A DNA stretch of 60,736 nt from Actinomycetota bacterium (GTDB lineage: Bacteria; Actinomycetota; Actinomycetes; JAKEEW01), in contig JBKOZJ010000052.1 of assembly GCA_046725875.1 (NCBI GenBank), forward strand, positions 1 through 60,736, read 5' to 3'. Shown piece after piece: positions 1 to 9,124 of this stretch; position 1 is the first letter of the stretch, and each line of letters starts with the position of its first letter. Under the pieces are notes generated by a model. It made no database searches, was not told the origin of the DNA, and worked only from the letters and a program-made list of their open reading frames with translations. A program made the position numbers and the translations under genes.

Positions 1-62
1 ACTACCATGCCCACCACCAAGACGGCCAGCCGGCCGATCTTCACACATAACCGGGTGCGCAT
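1..62 (-). CDS. Possible 5' end of a secreted/membrane protein running off the window edge
   Basis: ATG at 60-62 (minus) reads MRTRLCVKIGRLAVLVVGMV..., a basic N-region followed by a hydrophobic stretch; only 20 codons visible. Confidence 0.25.
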   Translation of the reverse strand, partial: MRTRLCVKIGRLAVLVVGMV

Positions 63-130
63 GAAACCCGGGATGCCTCACTCTGTTTGGGTGGTTTCGT
101 TTCTGGCGCTTGCTTGCTCCGATCGGCCAG

Positions 131-170
131 GGCTGGGGCGCTGTGACCCCCCCTTCCCAGCGCCCCAGCC
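131..170 (-). terminator. 13-bp perfect GC-rich hairpin downstream of the pilin pair, probable intrinsic terminator
   Basis: GGCTGGGGCGCTG (131-143) and CAGCGCCCCAGCC (158-170) are exact reverse complements, about 35 nt after the flp2 stop. Confidence 0.6.
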
Positions 171-204
171 AGCCTCCTCCCCCCGCAGACTGGTTCCCCG
201 AGCC

Positions 205-384
205 CTACGGCGGACAGGTCACCGCAGAATCCTGTTCGACAAACTTGTCACACGTGCTCTTGAAGTCGTCCCGAACAACCTGTCCAAATATGAAGACCGC
301 GACAATGATCACACCGGCGACGGCCGCGATGATGAGTCCGTACTCAAGGCTGGATGCGCCTTCCTCGCAAGCGTTTGTAGTCAC
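205..384 (-). CDS. flp: Flp family pilin (second copy, 59 aa; absent from the ORF track)
   Basis: Hand translation GTG..TAG: MTTNACEEG|ASSLEYGLIIAAVAGVIIVAVFIFGQVVRDDFKSTCDKFVEQDSAVTCPP; Flp G|xxxxEY motif, hydrophobic helix, C-terminal Cys pair like the neighbouring pilin. Confidence 0.85.
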   Translation of the reverse strand: MTTNACEEGASSLEYGLIIAAVAGVIIVAVFIFGQVVRDDFKSTCDKFVEQDSAVTCPP

Positions 385-417
385 GTACGTTTCCGTCCGG
401 TGACCGATCGCCTACCT

Positions 418-648
418 TCACTGGGGGGGAGCCGGCGGCGCCGCACAGTCGGAATTCGTCGGTTGCCCGCCCTTTGAAGCGATGGTCTCGCATGTGCTGT
501 CGAAGGCGTTGAAGACCCACTTGCCGAGCGTGAACGCGACGGCAACGATCACTGCGGCGATAGCGGCGACCAGCAGACCATACTCGACCGCCGAGGCGCC
601 CTCTTCGGACTGTTGCCGTTCGCGGAGCTTTCTGAAGTAATCGATCAT
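418..648 (-). CDS. flp: Flp family pilin (likely major pilin)
   Basis: EEG|ASAVEYGLLVAAIAAVIVAV prepilin cleavage/Flp motif; GGGGAGG RBS upstream. Confidence 0.95.
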   Translation of the reverse strand: MIDYFRKLRERQQSEEGASAVEYGLLVAAIAAVIVAVAFTLGKWVFNAFDSTCETIASKGGQPTNSDCAAPPAPPQ

Positions 649-788
649 CTGGGAGACCTCCCCGAAAGTTCTAGTTCCGAGGCCCCTTCACAGAGACCGT
701 CGGCGTCACGAGGAGAGGTTTCCTTACCAAGGCCTGGCAGCGATATCGCGTGGCCGGTCAGTCCTGCACGACATGCGGCTTAGCGCTG

Positions 789-806
789 ATCCACCATTCG
801 GTGGAT
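789..806. promoter_or_regulatory. Candidate operator ATCCACC-N4-GGTGGAT upstream of flp
   Basis: Perfect 7-4-7 inverted repeat; bases 790-806 are identical to 12517-12533. Confidence 0.7.
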
Positions 807-821
807 TGCCCGATTCGACGG

Positions 822-905
822 GCATGAAGGCACGTTCACGCAATACGTCCAAGGCAAGGGGCCCCCTCAGCTGTCAGCGTTTCGAGTGAAGGTGCCCCTT
901 CATGC
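822..905. repeat. Imperfect inverted repeat, REP-like; related to the repeat inside murD
   Basis: GCATGAAGGCACGTTCAC (822-839) pairs imperfectly with GTGAAGGTGCCCCTTCATGC (886-905); GAANGTGCC..TTC core also at 44308-44420. Confidence 0.5.
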
Positions 906-946
906 GACAGCGCGCAGGTGCGAGTATGCGGGATGCAGGCGGTGAC

Positions 947-1585
947 CTACTCCGGGGATTCGGCGGACAGGAGTCCGAGCTTCAGGGCCGTCATGAGGGC
1001 TTGTGCACGGTTCTGGGCGCCTAGCTTCTCGTAGACCTTCATCACGTGCGTCTTTGCCGTGGACGCGCTGATGTAGAGCCGCTTGGCGATGACCGGTACC
1101 GCATACCCATCGGCAAGGAGCTGGAGTACCTCCCGCTCCCGCGGGCTGAGCTTCGGCCCGGCCGGGTGCAGGCGGCGCTGCATGGCACCGGCGAGGTCGT
1201 TCGCCGTGAACGACTGGGGAGTCTCCGCGGCCATCCGGGCGGCCGCCATGACCTCCGCTGCAGAGGCGTCCTTCACGACGAAGGCCGACGCGCCCGCCTC
1301 CAGGGCGGCGAGCAGCTGGTCGTCTCCAGCGAACATCGTCAGTACGACAATGCCGAGCCCAGCACCTTCGGCTCGCAGGGTGCGCACAGCCTCAAGGCCG
1401 TTGCCGTCCGGCAGCCGCACATCCACGACTGCGACGTCCGGCCGCTGCTCCCGTACTGATGCCAGCCCGTCGGCCATGGTCGCCGCAGCACCCACAACCT
1501 CGAAGTCTGGGTTGCGCTCGAAGGCGTGCGCGAGGCCCTGGCGGATCAGGTCGTGGTCGTCGATCAATACGACGCGGATGGTCAT
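947..1585 (-). CDS. NarL/LuxR-family DNA-binding response regulator
   Basis: REC domain (LIDDH, VVDVRLP phosphoacceptor Asp, VVK) plus LuxR HTH (LSPREREVL...TAKTHV..VYEKLG); start moved to the ATG with a GGGAG RBS. Confidence 0.95.
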   Translation of the reverse strand: MTIRVVLIDDHDLIRQGLAHAFERNPDFEVVGAAATMADGLASVREQRPDVAVVDVRLPDGNGLEAVRTLRAEGAGLGIVVLTMFAGDDQLLAALEAGASAFVVKDASAAEVMAAARMAAETPQSFTANDLAGAMQRRLHPAGPKLSPREREVLQLLADGYAVPVIAKRLYISASTAKTHVMKVYEKLGAQNRAQALMTALKLGLLSAESPE

Positions 1586-1604
1586 GCTGCTCCCACTTCG
1601 CTTG

Positions 1605-3323
1605 TCATGCGTCCCCCACCTCAGTGGCGATGAGTCCTGCGACACTACGCCGGTCCGCCTGGCCGGTGGGCAAGCGGCGGACCCGAACGGCAGGCGCTGG
1701 AGGTCCTACCTGAACGTCGACTCGGGTGCCGCCCTCCGGTCGAGGCTCGATGACCAGCCGCGCCGGGATCCGCTCGGCTCGCTCGTGCATGATCGTGCGG
1801 CCGTAGCCGCCGGCCCGCCCGGGACCGAGTCCCACGCCGTCGTCTTCGATGATCAGCCTGGCGCGCGGTGGAGCGACCCGGCAAGTGACCCACATGTTCT
1901 CGGCCTTGGCATGCCGGCGCACGTTGGCGATCGCCTCCTGGGCGATTCGCAGCAGTTCCGCTTCGACCTGGGCTGGCAGCCGGATGGTGCCCTCATCGAG
2001 TACGAGATGGACGACCAGGCTGCTGGTGGCGCCGGCGGTCCGTACATATTCGGCGAGCGCGGCGGCCAGGCCACCGTGCCGGTCGACATCGCTGCGCAGC
2101 TCGAAGATGGACATCCGCACCTCGGTGAGCAGACCGGACATCGTCTGCCGCAACTCGGCCAGCCGCTCGGCGCCCTCCAGATCTCCCTGCTCGCGCGCGG
2201 CCTCGGCAAGGGCGTCGACTTCGTAGCCCATTCCGGCGAGCTCCTGGGCGATCCCATCGTGGATCTCCCGAGAAAGCCGCCGCCGCTCCTCGATCGTCGC
2301 CACCTCGCGGACCTTGTCGAAGAGCAGGGCGGTCGCCAGCCGTACCGCGTTCGACTTTGCCGCCCGTGCCCCCCGCGCCGCGGCTTCCTCATTGATGGGA
2401 TAAGGCTCGCTCGCCTCTAGCGCAACCACACCGATCAGGTGATCGGCGGCTGCCAGCGGAATGGCAAGACTGCGACGCGGCTCGCGGTGGCCCTCCGCCC
2501 GGCGCACGCCCATCGGCCGCAGCTGCACGCTGCCGCTGCGCCACGCGTCGGCGACCGGTCCCGAGCCCGTTATCGCGGTGTCCCAGTCCAGCCGGTCCGT
2601 GCCATAGTGCGCAACCGGGACAAGCAGCTCGCCGCCGGCCTCCATAAGCACGGCCGCCTCGCTGACCCGGGTCGCGCCGCCGCGGTTTACCGCATTGACC
2701 ACGGCGTCGAGCAGCGCCCCGGCCGCGGCGATCGGATCGAGTGCGCCGGGCAGCCGGGTGGTGATTGCGTGCAGCTGTTCAAGCAGCCGATGCGCCTGGA
2801 GATACTGCGCGCCGTCCTGATCCCGTACTCGCAGACTTCCCACCCATGCCGCAAGCAGGCCCACTACGAGGGAGAGCACGACGAACTGCGCGGCAAGGGT
2901 GCTGAACTCGGCGATCGACTCCATGCTTGTGAGGTCCATGCTCGCGGCGATGCCCTGCGCCACGACCAGCCCCAGGGCGGCGATCCCACTGACCGTGAAT
3001 GCCCCCGGCATCAGTGCGGACATCCCCGCGGCGAAGACGGGCGCAACCGCATATGGCATGAGCGCGCTGCGCGCGCCGCCGCTGTAAACCACCGCGAACG
3101 CCCAGATGAGCGCTTCCATGCTGTACGCGAAGGTCGCGGCCGGGCCGCTGACTCGGAAGCCGGCCGCCGTGGCTGCCACGGCGCACAAAACGGCGAGCCA
3201 GGCGATGGCCTCGCGCTCGCCGGTGGCGACCGACAACGGTAAGCAGACGATCACGAGGCAGCCGCGGACGAGCAGCCCAGGCCGGCGCAGGGGTCTGGGG
3301 ATTAGTGCCGCGATGCCAGACAC
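1605..3323 (-). CDS. Membrane sensor histidine kinase (multi-TM, GAF-like, HisKA_3, HATPase)
   Basis: About 5 TM helices; EERRRLSREIHDGIAQ H-box; RIAQEAIANVRRHA N-box; DDGVG and GGT boxes. Confidence 0.93.
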   Translation of the reverse strand: MSGIAALIPRPLRRPGLLVRGCLVIVCLPLSVATGEREAIAWLAVLCAVAATAAGFRVSGPAATFAYSMEALIWAFAVVYSGGARSALMPYAVAPVFAAGMSALMPGAFTVSGIAALGLVVAQGIAASMDLTSMESIAEFSTLAAQFVVLSLVVGLLAAWVGSLRVRDQDGAQYLQAHRLLEQLHAITTRLPGALDPIAAAGALLDAVVNAVNRGGATRVSEAAVLMEAGGELLVPVAHYGTDRLDWDTAITGSGPVADAWRSGSVQLRPMGVRRAEGHREPRRSLAIPLAAADHLIGVVALEASEPYPINEEAAARGARAAKSNAVRLATALLFDKVREVATIEERRRLSREIHDGIAQELAGMGYEVDALAEAAREQGDLEGAERLAELRQTMSGLLTEVRMSIFELRSDVDRHGGLAAALAEYVRTAGATSSLVVHLVLDEGTIRLPAQVEAELLRIAQEAIANVRRHAKAENMWVTCRVAPPRARLIIEDDGVGLGPGRAGGYGRTIMHERAERIPARLVIEPRPEGGTRVDVQVGPPAPAVRVRRLPTGQADRRSVAGLIATEVGDA

Positions 3324-3534
3324 GGGCCACAGACTGCCAGGAATCCACCGAGGAAGGGGCGAATTCCGGATAGCTCTGTCCGACCGTTCGCTGTCACCAC
3401 TGGAGGGTCATTGGCGACAAGCTCGAGTCGCCGCCGGCCGCGCTCGCTCTCAGCGCCTGGGCTGGAAGCGGCCCTAGCTCCAGACCCATTGGGGGCAAAG
3501 TTCCCTTCCACCAGAAGTGCCAGGAGCGGGCGGC

Positions 3535-4473
3535 TCAGCGGCCGGTGAGCGTACGGATGATGTCGATGGCGGCCGGCCCAAGGACGACGATCATAAGCGC
3601 GGGAAGGACGCCGAAGATGAGTGGAAAGAGAATCTTCACCGGTACCTTCTGGGCACGCTCCTCCGCCAGCTGAGTCCGCCGTACCCGCATCTCCTTGGCC
3701 TGCACGCGCAGCACGTGTGCGATCGGGATGCCGAACGCGTCGGCTTGCACCATCGCGGTCACGAACTGCCGCAGCTCGGGCACGTTCGTCCGCTCCCCCA
3801 TCGCTTTCAGTGCCTCAGACCGGCCGAGCCCGATCTGCATCTCCTGCAGCACCCGGAAGAACTCCGCGGCGAGCGGCCCGGTGGTGTGCCGGGCGACTTG
3901 CGCGAGTGCGGCATCGAAGGCGAGCCCGGCCTCGACGATGATCGTGAGCAGATCCAGCGCGTCCGGCAGCTCGCGGCGAATCCGCTCGCCACGGCTGTAT
4001 GAGAGCTGGTAGACGACCATGTTCGGCACGAAGTAGCCGAGCGTCGCGATGCCGGCCGCGATGGTGATGATCTGGATCGGCTGTCCGCCGAGCACGACGC
4101 CGATCAAGATGCCGATGGCGAGGCCGGCACCGAGGCCGAGGACCTTGTACGCGAGGACCTGGTTGACATCCCAGTTGTCGGGGGTGCCCGCTTCTTCGAG
4201 CCGGCGGCGGATGCGCAGCAATTGGCTGCCTGGTGTCAGCCGCTCGCCGATCCTGACGAGGCGGGCGAGTCCGGGCCTGACGACCCGCTCCTTGAAGGGC
4301 CGGTCGAGCTCGTCGAGCAATTCCGCGGGCAGGCTGCGATAGTCTCCGATCGCTGACAGGGACCGGTGCACCTGCGTTCGCTCCCGGGTGATGAGGCCGA
4401 TGACGGCGAGCACAACCGCCAGCCCGAGGAAGACCAGCGCCAGCCCGGCGGTGAGGGCGGTGGAGTCGGCCAT
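3535..4473 (-). CDS. tadC: Tad pilus platform protein TadC (T2SS F family)
   Basis: ELPDALDLLTIIVEAGLAFDAAL, AEERAQKVPVKILFPL motifs; follows tadB. Confidence 0.93.
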   Translation of the reverse strand: MADSTALTAGLALVFLGLAVVLAVIGLITRERTQVHRSLSAIGDYRSLPAELLDELDRPFKERVVRPGLARLVRIGERLTPGSQLLRIRRRLEEAGTPDNWDVNQVLAYKVLGLGAGLAIGILIGVVLGGQPIQIITIAAGIATLGYFVPNMVVYQLSYSRGERIRRELPDALDLLTIIVEAGLAFDAALAQVARHTTGPLAAEFFRVLQEMQIGLGRSEALKAMGERTNVPELRQFVTAMVQADAFGIPIAHVLRVQAKEMRVRRTQLAEERAQKVPVKILFPLIFGVLPALMIVVLGPAAIDIIRTLTGR

Positions 4474-4474
4474 C

Positions 4475-6496
4475 TCAGACCTCCACCCGGACGAGCTTGG
4501 TCATCCAGATGATGCTGCCGACGAAGACGATTGAGCCGCCGATGACCATTGCGATGCCGAGTGGGTCGGTGACGAGCTGCATCAGGTACTCCCGACGCAC
4601 TGCGAACAGATAGATCGTGAAGACAATCGGCAGCGCTCCCAGGATTACTGCAGATATCCGCCCCTCGGCGGAGAGGACGCGGACGTGGCGGCGCAGCCGC
4701 TCCCGCTCGCGCAGCGTCGCCGCGACCGTGGTGAGCAGTTCGGCCAGGTTGCCGCCGACGTTGCGCTGGATGCGTACTGCCATCGCCACCCACGCGAAGT
4801 CCTTGCTGCCGACCCGCTCCGCCATATGGTCGAGTGCGTCCTCGATCGTCACCGCGAGCCGCGCTTCGGCGACGGCCCGGCGCAGCTCCGACGCGATCGG
4901 CTCGGGCGCCTCCTGGGCGACCGTGTCGACCGCTTGGGGCAGCGAGTGGCCGGCCGCGAGGCTACCGGCCAGCAGCTGGAGCGTTGGCGCGAGGTTCTCC
5001 TCGAACTTCTGCTTGCGCCTCGACTGGCGCACCGTGAGATAGACGTACGGGCCAATAGCGCCGAGCAGTAGCCCAAGCACGGCAAGCGGCAGGTCGCCTA
5101 CGCTGATCAGGAGCAGGAGCAGTGCGGAGCCGAGCGCGATGCCCGCGTGCAGCAGCAGCCACTCTGCGGGCTTCATCGGTATGGCAGCGGCTTCGAGCCG
5201 ACCAGCGAGCCGGGCCTCGAAGTCCTTGTGTGCAACGACCTTCTCGGCGAGCCCGACCGCCGCCCGGGCGAGTTTCACGTCCCCAATCAGGGGTGTCGGA
5301 GGTGGCATCGGCCGTTGTGCGCTTGCGCCCTTGAGTGTGTACGGCGCGAGGCGCTGGCGCATGATCGACTCACGGCGCCCGGCGGCGAACGCGGACGCGG
5401 CGAAGCCGAGCACGACGAGCGCCCCGCAGAAGACGAAGGCCAGCGCGATCGGAAGGATTCCGGACGAGCTTAGCCAGCCGTCGGTGCCAACCGGGGCCGG
5501 CTGGACGCGCGGCGGCTCGGCGGGCACATCGGCCGCGGCGAGCAGCATGAGCGCGTTGTCGGTGAAGGTCGTCCCGTCGTCGGTCGCTACCTTGACGGTG
5601 ACCGGTAGCTGACCCGTCTGCATGCCTGGCACGAGCTCGGCGGTGACCAGGACCTGGCTGGAGATCGCCTTGGCGGACTCGGCGAATGCCGCCGAGAGAT
5701 CCTCTGCATCGTCCGCCGCGACCAGGCGCCCCGATCCCGTGCCCACCACCTGCCGGAGGACCGACAGGGCCTCGGTCGTCCGGAAGGCCACCGCATCTAC
5801 GCCGATGCCGGAGTCCTTGAGCTTGCCGATCACGGTCGGCAGCTCGGTCGCGCTGCCGACGTCCACGCCGTCGCTGAGCAGCACGAGGCTGCGGACGGCA
5901 TCGGAGTAGTCGGACCGGCTGAGCCGGGCGACCGCCAGATTCAAGGCGTCGTAGAGCGCCGTATCGCCGTCGGCCTCGAGCAAGGCGACGGCGGAACGGA
6001 CCTTCGCCCGGTCGGTGGTGGGAGCGACCAGGAGCTTTGCGTCGTTGGCGAAGGCCACCAGTCCGACCTTGACATCGGGCGGCACGGTGGAGAGGAACTC
6101 CTCGGCCGCCGACTTCGCCGCCTCCAGCGCCTGACCACGCATGCTGCCCGATGTGTCAATGACCAGCAACGAGGCCCGCTTCACCTCCGGGGTAGTGGCA
6201 CCAACCAGGTCGGCGGACGCCGGAAGGGCCCGGTCGCCGACCGTTAGGTGGACGGTCGACGGGTCCAGGGAGTCACCGGCGGCTAAGCCCGGGGCCTCGA
6301 AGACCACCTGTACCTTCCCCGCATCGCTCGTGATCCGCAGTATGCGACCGTCACCGGCATAGGACGGCGAGGCAGCCGCCGCCAACGTCGCTACACCTAC
6401 AAAAGCGCCGAGCGCGGCGATGATCCATCGGCGGCGGCGGCGGGACGCTGCCCGCTTACGGCGTGGGTCGAGCTGAGGTACCACTCCACTCGTCAC
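4475..6496 (-). CDS. tadB: vWA domain-TadB fusion protein
   Basis: Signal-like N-terminus, vWA MIDAS (DTSGS, DTALYDA, LLSDG), TM helix, C-terminal TadB (GGNLAELL, LSAEGRIS); GTG overlaps the cpaF stop. Confidence 0.9.
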   Translation of the reverse strand: MTSGVVPQLDPRRKRAASRRRRRWIIAALGAFVGVATLAAAASPSYAGDGRILRITSDAGKVQVVFEAPGLAAGDSLDPSTVHLTVGDRALPASADLVGATTPEVKRASLLVIDTSGSMRGQALEAAKSAAEEFLSTVPPDVKVGLVAFANDAKLLVAPTTDRAKVRSAVALLEADGDTALYDALNLAVARLSRSDYSDAVRSLVLLSDGVDVGSATELPTVIGKLKDSGIGVDAVAFRTTEALSVLRQVVGTGSGRLVAADDAEDLSAAFAESAKAISSQVLVTAELVPGMQTGQLPVTVKVATDDGTTFTDNALMLLAAADVPAEPPRVQPAPVGTDGWLSSSGILPIALAFVFCGALVVLGFAASAFAAGRRESIMRQRLAPYTLKGASAQRPMPPPTPLIGDVKLARAAVGLAEKVVAHKDFEARLAGRLEAAAIPMKPAEWLLLHAGIALGSALLLLLISVGDLPLAVLGLLLGAIGPYVYLTVRQSRRKQKFEENLAPTLQLLAGSLAAGHSLPQAVDTVAQEAPEPIASELRRAVAEARLAVTIEDALDHMAERVGSKDFAWVAMAVRIQRNVGGNLAELLTTVAATLRERERLRRHVRVLSAEGRISAVILGALPIVFTIYLFAVRREYLMQLVTDPLGIAMVIGGSIVFVGSIIWMTKLVRVEV

Positions 6497-7890
6497 CGCA
6501 ACCCAGCGCTCCCGAACTGCAGAAGGCCCCAATCCAGCCGTACGCCGCGATGGGCGAGCTTCTCGACCAGCCGGGGTCGCAGTCCGGTGGACTTCAGCTC
6601 GCCAAGCGACCGGCCGTCCTCGCCGTACCCGAGGGTGTGGTCGAAGGCGAAAAGGTCTTGGAGGGTGATGATGTCTCCTTCCATGGCGACTACCTCGGTG
6701 ATCTGAGTGATGTGGCGGGAGCCGTCCCGGAACCTGGTCTGGTGGACGATGAGGTCAAGTGCGCTTGCCATCTGCTCGCGGATCACACGCACGGGAAGTT
6801 CCATGCCGGCCATCAGCACCATGGTCTCGACCCGGGCGAGCGCGTCGCGCGGCGAGTTCGCGTGAACCGTGCTGATCGAGCCGTCGTGGCCGGTATTCAT
6901 GGCCTGCAGCATGTCGAGCGCCGCCGCGTCACGTACCTCGCCGACGATGATTCGATCGGGCCGCATGCGAAGCGCGTTCCGGACAAGATCCCTGATCCGG
7001 ACCTCGCCCCGGCCCTCGATGTTCGGCGGGCGGTATTCCAGACGCAACACGTGCTCCTGATGAAGCTGAAGCTCCGCCGCGTCCTCGATCGTGATGATGC
7101 GTTCGTCTCCTGGGATGAACGACGAAAGGACGTTGAGGGTCGTAGTCTTCCCGGCACCGGTGCCGCCGGAGATCAGGATGTTGAGCTTCCCACGTACGCA
7201 TGCGTCGAGAAAGTCGGCGGCGGTTCCGCTTATCGTTCCCAGCGTGATCAGGTCGGCGGCCTGGAAGGGGTCGGTGGCGAACTTGCGGATGGTCAGCATC
7301 GAGCCGTCCAGAGCGAGTGGCGGGATCACCGCGTTGACCCGGCTGCCGTCGGGCAAGCGCGCATCACACATCGGGCTCGACTCGTCTACGCGGCGGCCAA
7401 CCCTAGCGACGATCTTGTCGATGATGCGACGCAGGTGCGCCTCGTCCGCAAAGATCACGTCAGTCCGGTAGATGCGGCCGGTGCGCTCAACGAAGACCTG
7501 GTGCGGTCCATTGACCATCACCTCGCTGACGTCGGGATCCCGGAGCAGTGGCTGGATCGGGCCGTAGCCTAGGATGTCGTCAGCGATCTCCTCCGAGATT
7601 CGGGCTCGGTCGGCGACGGTCAGCGGCGTCTCCTCGGCCGCGATCACGTCCGCCAGGGTCGCGCGCACTCTCGACTCGAGCTCGCTCTGCGTCATCTGCG
7701 CGTCGTAGAGCTGTGGCCCGAGCGTCTCCAGCAGCGCCTCGTGCACCGCCTTCTTCACCTTCGCGAACGGGTCCCTACTCCGGCGGCGAGGCCGGTTGAC
7801 TCGTTGCGGCGCGGCCGGGGCGAGCAACGGGTCGGCCAGCGGCTCCTCGAGGCGCTGACGTACGACGGCCAGGCGATCGGACAGGCTCAT
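6493..7890 (-). CDS. cpaF: Tad pilus ATPase CpaF/TadA
   Basis: Walker [40 protein letters not shown]. Confidence 0.97.
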   Translation of the reverse strand: MSLSDRLAVVRQRLEEPLADPLLAPAAPQRVNRPRRRSRDPFAKVKKAVHEALLETLGPQLYDAQMTQSELESRVRATLADVIAAEETPLTVADRARISEEIADDILGYGPIQPLLRDPDVSEVMVNGPHQVFVERTGRIYRTDVIFADEAHLRRIIDKIVARVGRRVDESSPMCDARLPDGSRVNAVIPPLALDGSMLTIRKFATDPFQAADLITLGTISGTAADFLDACVRGKLNILISGGTGAGKTTTLNVLSSFIPGDERIITIEDAAELQLHQEHVLRLEYRPPNIEGRGEVRIRDLVRNALRMRPDRIIVGEVRDAAALDMLQAMNTGHDGSISTVHANSPRDALARVETMVLMAGMELPVRVIREQMASALDLIVHQTRFRDGSRHITQITEVVAMEGDIITLQDLFAFDHTLGYGEDGRSLGELKSTGLRPRLVEKLAHRGVRLDWGLLQFGSAGLR

Positions 7891-9098
7891 CAGCTGCGGG
7901 CCCTTCGTCGGAGCAGGCCGCGGCGCCCCGTGGTTGCGCCGCCGCCCGTCGGATCGTGCTGTAGGGCCAGCGCGACGACGCCGTCGGCGAGCTTGCGGAT
8001 CTCCTGGCTGACGGGGTGCCCCGGGTCTTCATGTACGAGTGCGACGCCGCGGTTGATCGAGATCGGCACGGACCGCGACGACGGGATTTGCGCGCTCACC
8101 GTCGTATGGAGCGCCCGCTCGGCCTCGCTCACCGTGAGCCCGACCTTCGAGTCGGCCCGGTTCAGGATCACTCGCCAGCGGTCTCGGCGGTAGTGGAGCA
8201 GGTCCATTGTCTCCAGCGTCAGCTTGAGATTCTTCAGCGCCGGGATGTCAAGAGTGGCCATGAGGAGGAAGAGGTCGGTTACGTCGAAAGTGGCGAGCAC
8301 TTGGTCCGAGAACGCAGCTGGGGTGTCGACCACGATCACGTCGAACATGCCGCGGAGGACCCGCAGCAGGTCACTGACGAGCGCAGCCTCGATGTGGTCG
8401 GCCGCGCCAGGCTCGGTCGGGGCCGCAAGCACCGCTAGGCCGCGCGAATGCGGGGTCAGCAGACCGCGCAGACCGGCCTCGTCCAGCCCGCTCAGCCGCG
8501 GCGCATCGGCGATCGTATGCGCCGGGTGCAGCTGCAAGACGATCGCTACATCGCCGAAGGCGAGATCGAGGTCGAGGACGCACACATCTCGATCGGTGGC
8601 GGCGAGCGCAGCACCAAGATTCGTGGCGAGGGTGGTCTTGCCGCAGCCGCCCTTCGCCGAGAAAACGGTGACGACCATGCCGTTGCGGCCGGACCCACCG
8701 GGGGCAACGCCGCCTGCCACACCGCCGGGCGGAGTCTCGGGCTGCAGCCGAGCCGCCAGCTCGGCCGCTCGCCAGACCGCCGCCCGGAGTTCGTCCAGAT
8801 CGGTGCGCGCCACGACCTCGCGGACCCCAGATCTCAATGCGTCGGCGAGGAGGATCGAGTCGAAGCGCTCCCGCACGAGGATCACGCCGAGGCTGGGACG
8901 CTCGATCCGCATGCGACCGGCAAAGTCGAAGCCGGCCGCGAGTGTCACGGTCGGCCCGAGTACGACGACGCTTTCGTTCGGGAACGAATGCAGGTAGCGC
9001 TCGAGCTCGGCGAGGCTGGACAGGGCCAAGGCGTCCGGCCCGAGAGCACGAACCAGGTGATTCGCGCTGTGCGGGTCGAGATCCACGAGGACAGGCAT
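7890..9098 (-). CDS. cpaE: CpaE/TadZ (degenerate receiver plus MinD/ParA-like ATPase)
   Basis: SAKGGCGKTT deviant Walker A, DLDLAFGD; position between cpaB and cpaF. Confidence 0.92.
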   Translation of the reverse strand: MPVLVDLDPHSANHLVRALGPDALALSSLAELERYLHSFPNESVVVLGPTVTLAAGFDFAGRMRIERPSLGVILVRERFDSILLADALRSGVREVVARTDLDELRAAVWRAAELAARLQPETPPGGVAGGVAPGGSGRNGMVVTVFSAKGGCGKTTLATNLGAALAATDRDVCVLDLDLAFGDVAIVLQLHPAHTIADAPRLSGLDEAGLRGLLTPHSRGLAVLAAPTEPGAADHIEAALVSDLLRVLRGMFDVIVVDTPAAFSDQVLATFDVTDLFLLMATLDIPALKNLKLTLETMDLLHYRRDRWRVILNRADSKVGLTVSEAERALHTTVSAQIPSSRSVPISINRGVALVHEDPGHPVSQEIRKLADGVVALALQHDPTGGGATTGRRGLLRRRARS

Positions 9099-9124
9099 GA
9101 TGTGTGGCGGCTTCCTGTTGGTTC

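Noticed and set aside
7..477. Plus-strand ORFs 7-477 and 110-403
   Set aside because: Antisense to the two Flp pilins, with no recognisable motifs
704..716. 13-mer matching 21378-21390 in reverse complement
   Set aside because: 13-nt matches are expected by chance in 60 kb of GC-rich DNA; not palindromic and no functional link
649..790. c-di-GMP riboswitch in the flp or tad leaders
   Set aside because: No GGCAAA/GNRA tetraloop-receptor architecture recognisable by eye; an Rfam scan would be decisive
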